A DNA stretch of 64,000 nucleotides from Piromyces finnis finn. Its lineage: Eukaryota > Fungi > Neocallimastigomycota. Each line of letters begins with the position of its first letter. Position 1 is the stretch's first letter. The stretch lies in contig MCFH01000008.1 of the NCBI GenBank assembly GCA_002104945.1, positions 1,172,216 to 1,236,215 of the forward strand, given 5' to 3'. A program made the translations under genes and the position numbers. This document shows positions 18,835 through 32,619 of this stretch, piece by piece. The notes beneath the pieces were generated by a model. That model was not told where the DNA came from. It did not search any database and saw only the letters and a program-made list of their open reading frames with translations.

Positions 18835-20676
18835 AATAATGAGAGGAATTAAACATAATAAGAAGAATAATAAAGAAGGTTTTATAAAAATAATATTATA
18901 TAAAATGCAATAAATATGATACCCATATATTATATATATTATTTATATACAACTATAGCATAAAAAACAAGATTTTTTTTGATTATTTTTATTTAATATT
19001 ATCATCTTCTAATAAATATTAATCACTAATTGAAAATATGAATTTTAATAAAATACATAATAATAATTTAAATAATTATGAAATAAAAAAAAATTAATAA
19101 TAAAATTAATTTAAATTCGGTTTCAAATTTTCTTTATAATCCTTTATAATAAAATTATGTTTAAATAAAATATTTATATATTATAAATATATATAATTTA
19201 ATAATATCAATTTTTTTATATAAATCTATTCATACATATTTTTAATTATTTATTAATTGCTATTTAATAAATAATCACTGACAAGTTTTGTATGTTTCTT
19301 CATAATTTCTTTAATATTTGAATTTCTTAAAAAATCATTCAACTACCTATGATTTATATTTTTTACTTCTTTATTATAAAAAAATAATAAATAAAATTTA
19401 ATAGAGTAAAATCTTTAATTAAAAATATTCCAAATTAGGAAATGAAAAAAAATAATATGAAATTAATAAAAATTGTGTAACATTTTAATATAAAATTTTA
19501 ATAAATGTTATGAAATACAAGAACTTTATTTTATATAAATATTTAATTCAAAAATAGCTATTTAAGTTAAATTTTGCAATAAAAACCTAAAAACTTTTAC
19601 TTCTTCTGAAAAACTGTTGCTTTTATGATAATAATTGTCAATAAAAAGCTACACAATACTAGTATAACAATATAATGATTATATAAATATATATATATAT
19701 TTATTATAATTATTACTATTTACTATAAATCTGGTTATAGTCCTACTTCATAAATCTATTTAAAAATTAATTTATGTATATTATAGAACAAAAATTACAT
19801 TCTGCTAATTCTCAAATAAATCATTAAAATATTCATAGTTATAATTTTTATTTAATTTTATATTTTATTTCTTTTTTTTTTATACTTTTATACTTTTAAA
19901 TGCCACCATATTTAAGTATTTTTTATCGTCTAATTAAAAAGTATTGGAACAACTTTTTTTTATCTAATTGAAGTAAGGAAAAGAAAGGATTAGAAATAAT
20001 AAATTAATCTAACCCCTTCGATCAATTATTTTATATTGTTTAATAATTAAAATTTATATGTATTAATTAATATATTATATATTTAAATTATAACAATTTG
20101 ATTTTGAATATATTAATTAGCCTATAATAGAAATTTCATATATAAACAATTATATATAAGTATTATTATAAAAATTTAAATTAATAAAAGCTTATTAATT
20201 ATACTTTTTGTAAATTAATTTCTGTTTAGATATTTATATTATAAATTTTAAATTCTATGTTATAATATATTATATATATTAAATATATTCCAAATATAAT
20301 CTATTTTTTTCTTTAATTAATAATTTAATTTAATTATATGATTTATTCGAGTTTCCCTTTTTTTAATATTATATAAATTGAGCTTAATTAATATGTTTTA
20401 TAATTTATTTTTTTTATGCCTAGTATGGAATATATTAATTTTTTTTAATATTTAATAATAAATACTCTTTTTTTATTTTTTATGGTATGTAGTTCAAGAG
20501 CATAATAATAAACTTTAATATTTAAAAAATATATATAATTAATACATAATCAATTTTAATATATTTTTCATTAAATATAGTTTATTAAAAAAAAAAAAAA
20601 CATTTTTAACGTTTTTCCATACTTTTTTAATAATGTAATATATTATATTATTATTTATTTATGTATTTATATAATT

Positions 20677-20722
<46 letters not shown>

Positions 20723-21866
20723 TAAAAATATAATTGAATAAATAAATTTAATTTTTAATAATAATAATAAACTAATCAGTTTTTTTTTTCTTTAAGAAAA
20801 TTTTTAAAAATAATGAGTCCTTACTGAGCTTAAAGATATATATAATTAGTAGATGATATATATATCAAACAATAATTGACTCATATTTTGATAAAATATA
20901 TAAAAATAAAAGTTATAATGCTGATGATATTTATAATAGAATAAAGAGTATCTTTTTTTTATTAAAATATTTTCGAAAAAAAATACAAAAACAAACAAAT
21001 AAATAGATGAAATAATCCATAAAAAATAACAAAAAAACATATTAATAATATTGCATCAAAATAATAATAGAATTACTTTTTATATACAAATAAGCAGAAT
21101 AAATTATTTTAAAGACATATTTTAATAAAAGACTTTAATTAATATTATTCTTGTTTATTAAATAAGAATACATAATTATTTATTAAATATCTAATTGTTA
21201 AGAAAGTTATTGCTTATAAAGTTTAATTAAAAAATAATTCATAACGAACTATAGTATTTCCCCCATTAATTACATATACTTTCAAAAATAAAAATAAAAA
21301 AATAATTCAATACACACACATATATATAAATAAAAATCATCAATATAATAATAATTATAAAATATAGTCATACATAAAAGTATTAATATTTTTACAAGTA
21401 AAATTTACCAAATAACAACAACAATAATAATAAATTGTAATATTAGCATAATTAATTTTAAATAATTTTAATAGTTTTTAAAATACAATAAATAATAATA
21501 ATTATTTATTACTTATTGTTAATTATTATATTATTTATTATTCAAACTTTTGTATATTAAATCATAAATATATAAAGGTTTTATCGAAAAAAAAATTTAA
21601 AGAAAAATATATGAAGTATTAATAAAAATAAAACAAATACTTCCAAAAAAAAAGTCAATTAAAATAAAAATTAATATATTATTCATTTTGATAAATACTT
21701 GTTAAATATATTATTATATAATATATATAATATATTGTTTGTAAAAAATAAATAATTATTTAATACTATTTAATTTAATTGAAGATATATATTTTTAAAT
21801 AAATATATATTATTGTTATAATTATATATAATTTAATTTATTAAAATAGAATAGTTTAAAATAAAA

Positions 21867-24800
21867 ATGTTTTTCAATAAGAAAAAAAATATTGAAAAGA
21901 TAAAACTTGTTGAGGCTCAAGAAAAATTGAAGAGGGAGGAAGAAGAAGAGTTTGATGAAGATGAATTAGATATTGAATCCCCAATATTGGAATTAGATAT
22001 TGAACCTGAGGATATTGATTTTTCAAAGGTATACGCATATCATTCTTTTGTGTCATCCCAAAGTGGACAAGTTTGTGTATCCAAGGATGAAGAATTAGTA
22101 TTACTTGATGATACTAATGACTATTGGTGGCTAGTTAAGTGTGTTCGTTCAGATGAAGTAAGTACAAAATATATTTGTATTAAAAAAAAAAACAGCTATT
22201 AACATTTTCTTCTTTCATAAATAGATTGGTTATATACCCGCTGATAATATTGAAGTAAGTGAATATTATTATAAATATCATTATTTTTTTTATTAATTAT
22301 ATTAAAATTAACAATAATATATACATTTTAATTTTAAAGACGCCAATTGAAAGATTAGCTAGAGTGAATAGAAGAAAAAATTTAGAAGTAATGTATTTCA
22401 TGTTAATAGCTTTTTTGTTATATAAATATTAATATTAATTATTAATAAAAATATTTTTATATAGATTATTGTGCCTGAAGATATACCTGCCATAAAATCC
22501 GAAAAATATGCACAAAAAGTAGTTACATTTTCTAAAAATGTTACAGTTGAAATGTCAGAAACTGATGAAGAAAATGACTCTGATGATGATGGTGAGTGTA
22601 AAATCACTCGTGTTAACACAGGTTCATATAAGGGTAAAAAGAAGAAGAATATTTTCTCTGTAAGTATTAATTTATTAATTTTTATATATTTGTATGTATA
22701 TTTATTTATATATAAATTAAAAAAAATTATCACATTAAATATAAAATCATAGAAAATTTTGGGTAAAAAAGATAAGAAATCAAAAAAATATGGTAATCAA
22801 GTCACTATTGAGCCATATAGTACTTATGAAATAAACGATTTAATAAATAACGAAGAAAATAAGAACCTTAATATGAATATCGGTGATATTAATAATATGG
22901 TTATGAAACTTGGTAATATGAATCCAAATGAAATAAACAATGAAAATTTAAATGGTCAATATTTATCATTTGATAACAAAATTAATACAATAAATGATCA
23001 AAATAATGGTATGATGAGACCAATTGATTCAAATAATCGCTATTCACCATATGATAGTAATAATGGCCCAAGTGTTAATGAAAGACCACTTGAATCAAAT
23101 GGTCCTCTTGATCCAAATATCAATAATGAAAGACCACTTGGACCAAATGGTCAATCACCATTTAATAGAAATAATAGATATAATGGACCAAATGGACCAA
23201 ATGAACCAAATAGATCATATTTACCATTTGATAGAAATAATAGACCAAATGAATCTATTGGTTCAAATAGACAAAATGAACCAATTGAGCCATATTCGTC
23301 ATTTGATAGAAGGAATGAACCAAGAGGCTTTATGGATCAGAACCCACCATTTAGAGGAAATAATAGTATCCAAAATTCACCATATGATAATAATAAAATG
23401 AACCTACCACATAATGATTCCTCTCTTGGAAGAGATAGTAATCAATATCTATCTACTGAACGCCCTTTAACTGATAATAATGAAACACCAGAAGAAAATG
23501 TTATTAGAGTTTATGCTGGTAATATTGAATTAAAAACTTCATATAAAAGCATCAAAATTGAAGAAGAAATGACTGCAAGAGATATTTTAATAATTGCTAT
23601 GGAAAGATTTAGAATACCAAAAAATACTATTGATGAATACTATATTGGTGTAATACATTTTGAATCACAGGAGAAACAACTAAAACCAGATGTTAATATA
23701 ATGAATGTTATACGTAGCTTAAATTCAAAAGGTTTACCAGGTATTACTGTATCATCAAGAAGTTCTTTAATTAATTCTAATATTAATTTATTAGATACTC
23801 GTTTTATTAAATTCTTTTTAAACAGAAAAGTTGCTGAACAGGAAAAAGATTTTAAACTTATTCGTATATTTATTGATCAATTAGACAATAATAATCGTCA
23901 AATTCACAAAACTATTGGTGTTATGGAACATGAAAAAGTAGTTGATGTAATCAACAATGCACTTACAAAATTTAGCATTTATCAAGATAGAAATCCTTAT
24001 GATTTTATGTTAATTTCGTTATTTAATAATCAGCAAATTCCAAGAAATCATAATGATTTCATATATAATATATTAAATGAGGTAGCCAAATATAAAAGGA
24101 GATCGGTTATTGATATTGACTTTTTATTAAAACCAAAAATAGAAATGTCTTCAATTAATTATAATCAAGAAGAATCTTCTCATTTGAATTCATCAAATTT
24201 AAATACTAATCCTGTTTCATTACAGAAACAACTTTTAATAAATGCAGGTGTTGATAAAAATCAAAATTCTGCTGATGATACTTTCAAACCACCTGTTAGA
24301 AAAAGTAGTAATGCTGGAAGACTAGGTTTTCCAAAAAGATCAGAAAGCAAAAAATCTGATGAAAATGGAAATATTCAAAATCTAGAAGTAAAAACTTCAT
24401 TAAAGCCTTCCGAAAATATAATGGATGAACCACCATCACCTCCTGCTCTTCCACCACCTCCACCACCAACATATTTACCATTTACTGATGGTGCTAGATA
24501 TGATTCAGATAATAATAGCAACCCACCAAGAAAAGAAAGTCAAGAAGAATTAGATCAAAATACAAGTTTTGATGATCCACCAAGATTTGGAAGTCTTGTT
24601 CCAATGAAGGATAATATAAATGAAAATAATGAAAATCCACCAAGAGTAGGAAGTCTTGTTCCAATGAAGGATAATATGAATGAAAATAATGAAGATCCAC
24701 CAAGAGTAGGAAGTCTTGTTCCAATGAAGGATAATATGAATGAAAATAATGAAGATCCACCAAGAGTAGGAAGCCTTGTTTCAATGAAGGATAATATAAA

Positions 24801-27800
24801 TGAAAATAATGAAGATCCACCAAGAGTAGGAAGTCTTGTTCCAATGAAAGAAAATCAAAACGAAAGTGATGATGATGAAAATCCACCAAGAATTGGAAGT
24901 CTTGTTGTATTGAAAGAAAACCAAAATAATAATACTCCAAGATTAAGTAGTTTGAGTAACAAAGAAGAAGGTATTAAAACCAGTGTGGATAAGAATAATC
25001 TTTTTAATAATAAAAATAAAAATCGTACAAGAGATTCAATCTATAGTGATGTTTCACAATCATTTATGTCAGAAACTAATGACTTAAAAGATAACTTATT
25101 TACATTAAATAATATACTTGAAACTAATTCTGATAGTAGTAGTATAAAAGAAAATGAAAATTCAGATAAACCAAGTGAAGATATTAATGAAAAATCAAAG
25201 CAGGATAATAATAGTGAATCAGAGTTGAGTGCAGAAAATAATGTCAATATTAATAAAACAGATATGCCTGAACCAATAAAAAATGAAAATACTGAAAGTA
25301 TTGTTGACGAAATAAATATAAAACCTCAAGAAAATGATGTGATTCAAGCGTCATCTGATAATTCAGAAGTCCCTAATGATAATGAAAAAGAAGGAAAATT
25401 AAATGAATATCAAGAAAATGTTGAAAATAAAGAAGTTAATAATATTCAACCAACACCAATAGAAGATAAAGAATTATTAAATGAATCTAATGAAACTAAG
25501 CCAAAGAAAAATAATGAAGCAAAACAAAATGAAGTCAAAGAAGTATCTCCTGTTAATAAAACAACTAACTCATTAGTTTTTAGTCCAAGAGTTAGTTCAG
25601 CTGCTGATCCAAGAGGTAGAAGAAATTTACTAAGTAGACAAGTTAGTAATTCTAGTTCTATTAGTTCAAGATCATATGTTAATCGCCGTCGTACAGAAGA
25701 TCAAAGTAATCTTGAAAGAAGTGCAAGCAGCGCAAGTGCAGGTGCTATTAGAAGTCCAATGTCGCCAAATATATATCCTCTCAGAAAGTCATCATCTGTT
25801 AAGGTTCCAAAACTTGTTCATCATCCACCAATGGATGTTAATCAAAATCCCGAAGAAATAGAAGGTGCAAAAAGACCTCAAAATTCAGTATCACCAGTAG
25901 AAGGTGAAAGAAATATGATGGATGATAGAAGTGCTATAAGTGATAACATGAGAGATGATAGGGGTGAAAGAAATATTATGAGGGATTCAGAAGGAAGATT
26001 AATTCAAAATGAAAGAAGAATGAGACCAAGAAGACCATCTCCAAATGGAATGAGATTAAGAGGTCAATCTCATAGTCCAGTAAGAGATGGTGAAAGAATG
26101 AGTAGAGAAAAAGCCCCAGGACCTGATGGTATGTCTCCAATGATAAGAGGAGATAGAACCCCACGTATGGGTGAAAGAACTCCAAGAATGAGTGAAAGAA
26201 TTCCACGTATGGGCGAAAGAACTCCAAGAATGGGAGAAAGAACCCCACGTATGGGAGAGAGAACTCCAAGAATGGACGAAAGAACCCCACGTATGGGTGA
26301 AAGAAGACTTGGACCTGGAGTTGAAAGAAGACCATCAAGAGGACCATCACCACAAGGAGCACATGAGAATGGTATACCTCCACAAATGAGAGAAAGAAGA
26401 CCATTAAGAGGTCCACCACCAGAAGGACCATTTGAAGACGGTATGATGCCACCAAGAGGTCCACCAAGAGACCCACCAAGAGGTCCACCACCACCGGAAG
26501 GACCATTTGAAGATGGAATGATGCCACCAAGAGGTCCACCAAGAGGTCCACCACCAGAAGGACCATTCGAAGATGGAATGATGCCACCAAGAGGTCCACC
26601 AAGAGGTCCACCACCACCGGAAGGACCATTTGAAGATGGCATGATGCCACCAAGAGGTCAACCAAGAGGTCCACCACCAGAAGGACCATTCGAAGATGGA
26701 ATGATGCCACCAAGAGGTCAACCAAGAGGTACACCACCAGAAGGACCATTCGAAGATGGAATGATGCCACCAAGAGGCCCACCAAGAGGTCCACCACCAC
26801 CGGAAGGACCATTTGAAGATGGAATGATGCCACCAAGAGGTCAACCAAGAGGTCCACCATCATCAAAAGGACCACTCGAAGATAGTATGATGCCACCAAG
26901 AGGCCCACCACTGGAAGGACCATCCGAAGATGGTATGATGCCACAAATGAGTGAAGGAAGGTCATTAGGAGGCCCACCACCAGAAGGACCATTTGAAGAC
27001 GGTATGATGCCACCAAGAGGACCACCAAGAGGACCACCAAGAGGACCACCACCAGAAGGAATGATTGAAAATGGAATGCCTCCACATATGAGAGAAAGAA
27101 GATCAAGAGGACCAGAAGAAGATATTCCTCCACATATGAGGGAAAGAAGACCAAGAGGACCAGAAGATGGAATACCACCTCATTTAAGAGAAAGAAGATC
27201 AAGAGGACCAGAAGATGGCATGCCACCTCATATGCCTCCACATATGAGAGAAAGAACTCCACGTATGGGTGAAAAAACCCCACGTATGGGTGAAAGAACT
27301 CCACGTATGAGTGAAAGAACTCCACGTATGGGTGAAAAAACCCCACGTATGGGTGAAAGAACTCCACATATGAGTGAAAGAACTCCACGTATGGGTGAAA
27401 GAAGAATAGGAGGTTTTGATGATAGAAGAGATCCAAGAGACCCAAGAATGAGTAGATCTTGTTCTCCAAGTCCAAATAGAAGAAGAACAAGACCACCACC
27501 AAATGGAAATAGTCCAAGACCAATTATGCCTCCACCACTAGATGGTGAATTTGCAAATAGTCCAAAGAGTGGTTTTAGAAATATAGGATCTCCAAAAAGA
27601 AATAATTCTGATAGCATACATAGTCCAAATTCAAGTTTAGGAAGATATCCTGGTATGAATATGCATAAACCAATGAATTCTCCATTTTTAAGTCCCCGTA
27701 GTATGACTAATTCACCAATTACTTCAATGGTATCTCCAAATCAAAGTAGCTTAAATAGAGAAAGTGGAATTAAACTTGGTATTAATAATATTGAAAGAAA

Positions 27801-28742
27801 ACTTTCATCTAATTCTTCTAGAAGTGTATCTGATAATAAAAATGATTTAAATCATCATAGAAGAAATGCTTCTGTTTCTTCTTCCATGTCAGCTCATTCT
27901 ACATCTAGTGATAGACCACCAAAGTCAGTCCTTAGAAAATCACAAAATGGTAGTTATATTGAAATGGCTTCAAAGACACCACTTGTTGTTAATAATGTTG
28001 GTGAATTAAAAGCCCATTCAGCGCAAATTCAAACTGTAAATGAATTTGGTGAAATCTCAAATCCAAGTGAAAATGAATCCCCATTAGTTGAATCATCACA
28101 AATAATTGACTTTACTAAATTATTAAATACAATTGATACTACTTTACAAGATAAATCTAATAATTTTGTTGTTCGTACTAATAATAGCACTCCTTTAAGT
28201 AGTAGGAGAAATAGTAAAGAGTTAGAAAAAATGAGATCAGATAGAAAATCAAAATTTGAAGATTTAGAGAAATTATTTGATACTACTATTCAAAGTAGCA
28301 AAATAAAATCAAGAGCAAATGAATCACCGATAAAAGTTATAAAACATGAAAGTAGACATTTTGATGATTCTCATTTAAGAAACTTATTAGAACAACTTTC
28401 TATGACTACAAGTAATTTAGAAAGGGAAAGTCAAAGCGCACCAGTTACAGCACCAGTTACAGCACCAACATCTCCACCATTATCTACTACTGATTCAGCA
28501 CCAAATTTAAATGAATTTGAAAATAATTTTGATGATACAGAAAATACCATAAAAAATTTACAAAAAGTAAGTCATTTTATACTATAAATTTTATAAAATT
28601 TATTTATCAAAATTTATTATTATATATAGTATTATTGCTATTTAGCATGTATAGTGTAATTAATAAATAACTTATAACTTTTTTTATTTTTATATAGCAA
28701 TTAGATGGATTAGCTATTCAAACAAAGAAGGCATTACTCTAA
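21867..28742 (+). CDS. TEA4: Tea4/Bud14/Wsh3-like polarity protein: SH3, PP1-docking RVxF, two Ras-association-like domains, repeat-rich disordered region, C-terminal coiled coil. Exons 21867-22157, 22225-22254, 22340-22387, 22465-22659, 22753-28566, 28698-28742
   Basis: Spliced SH3 reads VYAYHSFVSSQSGQVCVSKDEELVLLDDTNDYWWLVKCVRSDE-IGYIPADNIE-TPIERLARVNRRKN, typical of the Tea4/Bud14 family. KVVTF at 22516-22530. RA-like VIRVYAGNIELKTSYKSIKI and KLIRIFIDQ...HKTIGV. Confidence 0.8.
24577..24954 (+). repeat. Coding tandem repeat, 60-nt unit (PPRVGSLVPMKDNMNENNED), 5 near-exact copies plus 2 degenerate
   Basis: Units start at 24577, 24637, 24697, 24757, 24817, 24883 and (TPRLSSL) 24934. Confidence 0.95.
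26149..27411 (+). repeat. Coding repeat block: 7x GERTPRM heptad, about 10x GPPPEGPFEDGMMPPR, 3x RERRSRGPEDGMPPH, 7x GERTPRM heptad
   Basis: Direct reading of ORF 22759-28587. Heptad arrays at 26149-26295 and 27247-27393, each followed by GERR[LI]G. Confidence 0.95.
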
Positions 28743-30570
28743 GAAATTAAAATTATTTTTTTATAATTATTCTATCTCAACAACAACAACAACGATCAAC
28801 TTAACCTTTTTTTATTATTTATAATAAATAGTTAAATTATAAATAAAATTATATTATAGAAATAATTTATATAATAAAAAAAGAAGATAATTTATATTTA
28901 TTGATATATAATATAATAAATTAATTTAAATAATAAATTTTAATGAAATTCTATGGTAATTCATTAATTTATTAATAATTATTTATATTATGTTGTGAAG
29001 TAAAAAGTATCTTTATTTTTTATTATTTTATTTATAACTATTATTTTATAGATATTTAAATCCTTATTAATATTACTATAGTAAATTAATATTTATTTTG
29101 TATTTTAATGAAAAATATTATTATTTTAATTTAATTTTATTTAAAAAAGGAGTAATATATTTAAACTTTTTAAACAAGAATAATCATGTAAAAAAAACAA
29201 ACAAGGTTAACCATATATAAAAATAAAATAACAATAATATCAATGACTATATAGCCAAAACAAAACAAAACAAATAAAAAAAAAAAAAAAGCAAAACCAA
29301 CCAACCAACCAACCAACCAACAATTAAAACAAAAACAAAAACAAAACAAACAAACAAACAAACAAACAAAAAAAAACAATATTATTATATTTATAAACAG
29401 CAAATTAAAAAAAATTAACATTTTATCAATAAAAAATACTATAATTATAATTATTATATATATAAAGATAAAAAAAAAAAAAAAAAATTAAAATTACATC
29501 AAATTTATAGTTATTTTTAAAAAACTATTCATTCTATGTAATTATTATTATTATTATAAATAAATAGTAATTATAAATATTAATTATAAATAATATAGAT
29601 AGATAAATAGATGTTTTACAAAATTATAGTGTTTTATTCCCTTCCTTATTTCATATCTTTTAAAGATATAAAAAAAGATAATAATAATAATAATAAAAAA
29701 AAAGTAATAAAATTTATAAGCTATTTATAATTTATTATTATCTCTAAATATCTAGCATTATTATTATTTTACATATATAAAATAATTGATACTGTTATGA
29801 TGCATAATATGTAAAAAAAAAAAAAACTTTATTCCTAAATAATTAATTTATATATTATTATATTATAAAATGTAAAGTATAATACGATACTTTGATGATG
29901 AATCAAGCTATTTTTATTCTATTCTATTATATAGATAAAGGATGGTACGAATAAACAGATCAATTATAACTATCTTTTTTTTTTTTTATTTATAATAGAA
30001 AGAAAGCTTTTATTAATTTTTTCTTTATATTATTATTTATAATCTTTTTTTTTAGAATTTAATAATTTATTTATTTCCCCCTAATTTGTGAAACATGTCA
30101 AACTAATTTTAATTTTTACACCAATAATATTTGGTAGTACAAAAATTTTAAACGTAGGATCCATTTATATATAATAAATAATATATATATATAAAAAAAA
30201 AAATTTGTTTTTTATCAATAATAAAATCAAAAAAAATACTTTAAATAGGAAAAACAATTTATTTTAATAATATGAATCATATATTTTATTATATTTTAAT
30301 ATATATAATTAAAGAAAAAGCAAACTTTTATAATATGATATTATTTATAATTATAATAATAATCTTACTAATAATAATAATAAAAAAAGATAATTATTAT
30401 ATAATTTTAAATTATAAATGTATTATATTCTTTATTTGACTTTAATTTTTCAATTTTTATTCTATATACTTTCATAAAAAAATAAAGGCTTTTTTTTTTT
30501 TTTATTTTGTTAGAAAAAGGTATAAAAAGAGGTAGAGCAACATCCCATTTTTTTTAAAAAAAAGAAACAA

Positions 30571-31734
30571 ATGGTTAATATGAATTTTATTATAAGAAAA
30601 AAATTTTTAATATTTACAATATTGACAATAATAGTTATTATTAAAGTTATAAATGCGAAAAAATTTCAAATTCCTTCTTATAAAAGAAATTTTCCAGAGT
30701 TAGACATATCAACCAAACCAACAAATACTATAGTAGAAACTATTGTTACCACTACTACTAATCAATCGGATAAAATAAAAGTTACTAATATACCAACATT
30801 TAAACCCTTATGTGGAATAGGTATGGGTCATTGTAGTGAAGGATATTGTTGTAGTCGATATGGATGGTGTGGAAAAACTAAGGAATATTGTAATATCCAA
30901 TTAGGTTGTCAACCAGAATTTGGCAAATGTAATTTTATAGAAGATTATACTTCAAATGATGGTCGTTGTGGTAAAGGAGTTGGTCATTGTAAAGAAGGTT
31001 TTTGTTGTGGTAAAAACGGTTGGTGTGGTAAAACTAAAGAGTTTTGTGATCAAGACCAAGGATGTCAATTAGGTTATGGTAAATGTAATTCAAATATTCT
31101 ATTCAAAAATATAAATCAATGTGGTGAAAATATTGGTCATTGTCAAAAAGGTTATTGTTGCAGTAAATTTGGTTGGTGTGAAAAAAATAGAGATTCATGT
31201 GATATAAATAAAGGCTGTCAACCGGAATATGGTAAATGTAATATACTAAAAACATCTACTTCAAAATATAATCAATGTGGTCAAGGAATTGGAAAATGTC
31301 CAAAGGGTAGTTGTTGTAGTAAATATGGATGGTGTGGAAAATCCGAAAAATATTGTAATATTGAAGCAGGTTGTCAATCAGAATTTGGTCATTGTCAATC
31401 AACAAAAGGAAGATGCGGTAAAAACATAGGTTTTTGTAGAAAGGGGGAATGTTGTAGTAAATATGGATGGTGTGGTAAATCAGACAATCACTGTAATATG
31501 AATTATGGATGTCAATCAGAATTTGGTGATTGTAATTTAAAAAGTAAAACTAATACAAAGTCAAGTACAAACACAAAAAATATTAAATCGAACTATGATG
31601 AAAAAAAAGAAACTAAATTATCTAATAGAATTTCCATATTAAAGAATAAATCACTGAATGAAAAAGCAATCCCCAGAGTGAAAAGTTTTTCAAAATCTAA
31701 AAGTATTACAAATTCTTCAATTAAACCACAATAA
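30571..31734 (+). CDS. Secreted chitin-binding protein with five CBM18 (hevein) domains and no catalytic domain
   Basis: Hydrophobic N-terminal signal (FLIFTILTIIVIIKVINA), five CG...C...CC.{4}WC...C...GCQ..[FY]G.C modules, and a basic Ser/Lys-rich tail. Intronless. Confidence 0.92.
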   Translation: MVNMNFIIRKKFLIFTILTIIVIIKVINAKKFQIPSYKRNFPELDISTKPTNTIVETIVTTTTNQSDKIKVTNIPTFKPLCGIGMGHCSEGYCCSRYGWCGKTKEYCNIQLGCQPEFGKCNFIEDYTSNDGRCGKGVGHCKEGFCCGKNGWCGKTKEFCDQDQGCQLGYGKCNSNILFKNINQCGENIGHCQKGYCCSKFGWCEKNRDSCDINKGCQPEYGKCNILKTSTSKYNQCGQGIGKCPKGSCCSKYGWCGKSEKYCNIEAGCQSEFGHCQSTKGRCGKNIGFCRKGECCSKYGWCGKSDNHCNMNYGCQSEFGDCNLKSKTNTKSSTNTKNIKSNYDEKKETKLSNRISILKNKSLNEKAIPRVKSFSKSKSITNSSIKPQ

Positions 31735-31829
31735 GTTCATTTTTTAAAAGTTCAAAGAAAATTGTGACCAAATCAAATTCAAATAAAAGAAATAAAATCA
31801 TTAACAAAAAGACAACAACAATATTAAAA

Positions 31830-31989
<160 letters not shown>

Positions 31990-32619
31990 AACAAAGGCAA
32001 TAGAATGAAAAAGGATAACTGATGAAAAAAGAAATAATTAATTCACATGTCATCAAAATTGAAGATATCGTAAAAAAAAACATTAAATATAAATCAAAAG
32101 AATAAAAAAATTATTATAAATTATAAAATTTTAAATTTTATATTTAAACTATATTTATATATTTTCATTTGTACATTTTTATCAAATATATTTCTTATAA
32201 CTATTGTATTTATAAATGTATTTATATCATTAAAAAAAAAAGTATAGAGTACTAATATCTATTTTCATATAATCCTCATCATATCCATTTTATTTTTTTT
32301 TTCCTCATTTAAAAGTAAATAAATATAATAATTAAATTGAAACAATCAATAAATTAATTTAAATGATATAAATTATTTAAAATTCATTTACTTTAAAAAA
32401 ATGGTCATATTTCTACTTTTTTTTTTTATTTGTATTTCCTTGTATATTTTTAATAAATCTATTAATCAAAGAATTTGGGTTATTTTTGTGACAATTATAA
32501 TGATAGTAATAATGATAATAACATTGGCCATTAATCAATACTCTTTATTTATATTCATTAAATATATTTTAGTATAATTTTTAAATTTATTTTTAAAATA
32601 AAGCAATAAATATTAATAT

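Noticed and set aside
25976-27617. Long antisense and alternate-frame ORFs (515, 190, 146, 129 aa)
   Set aside because: They are shadows of the repetitive purine-rich Tea4-like coding strand, with no independent signal.
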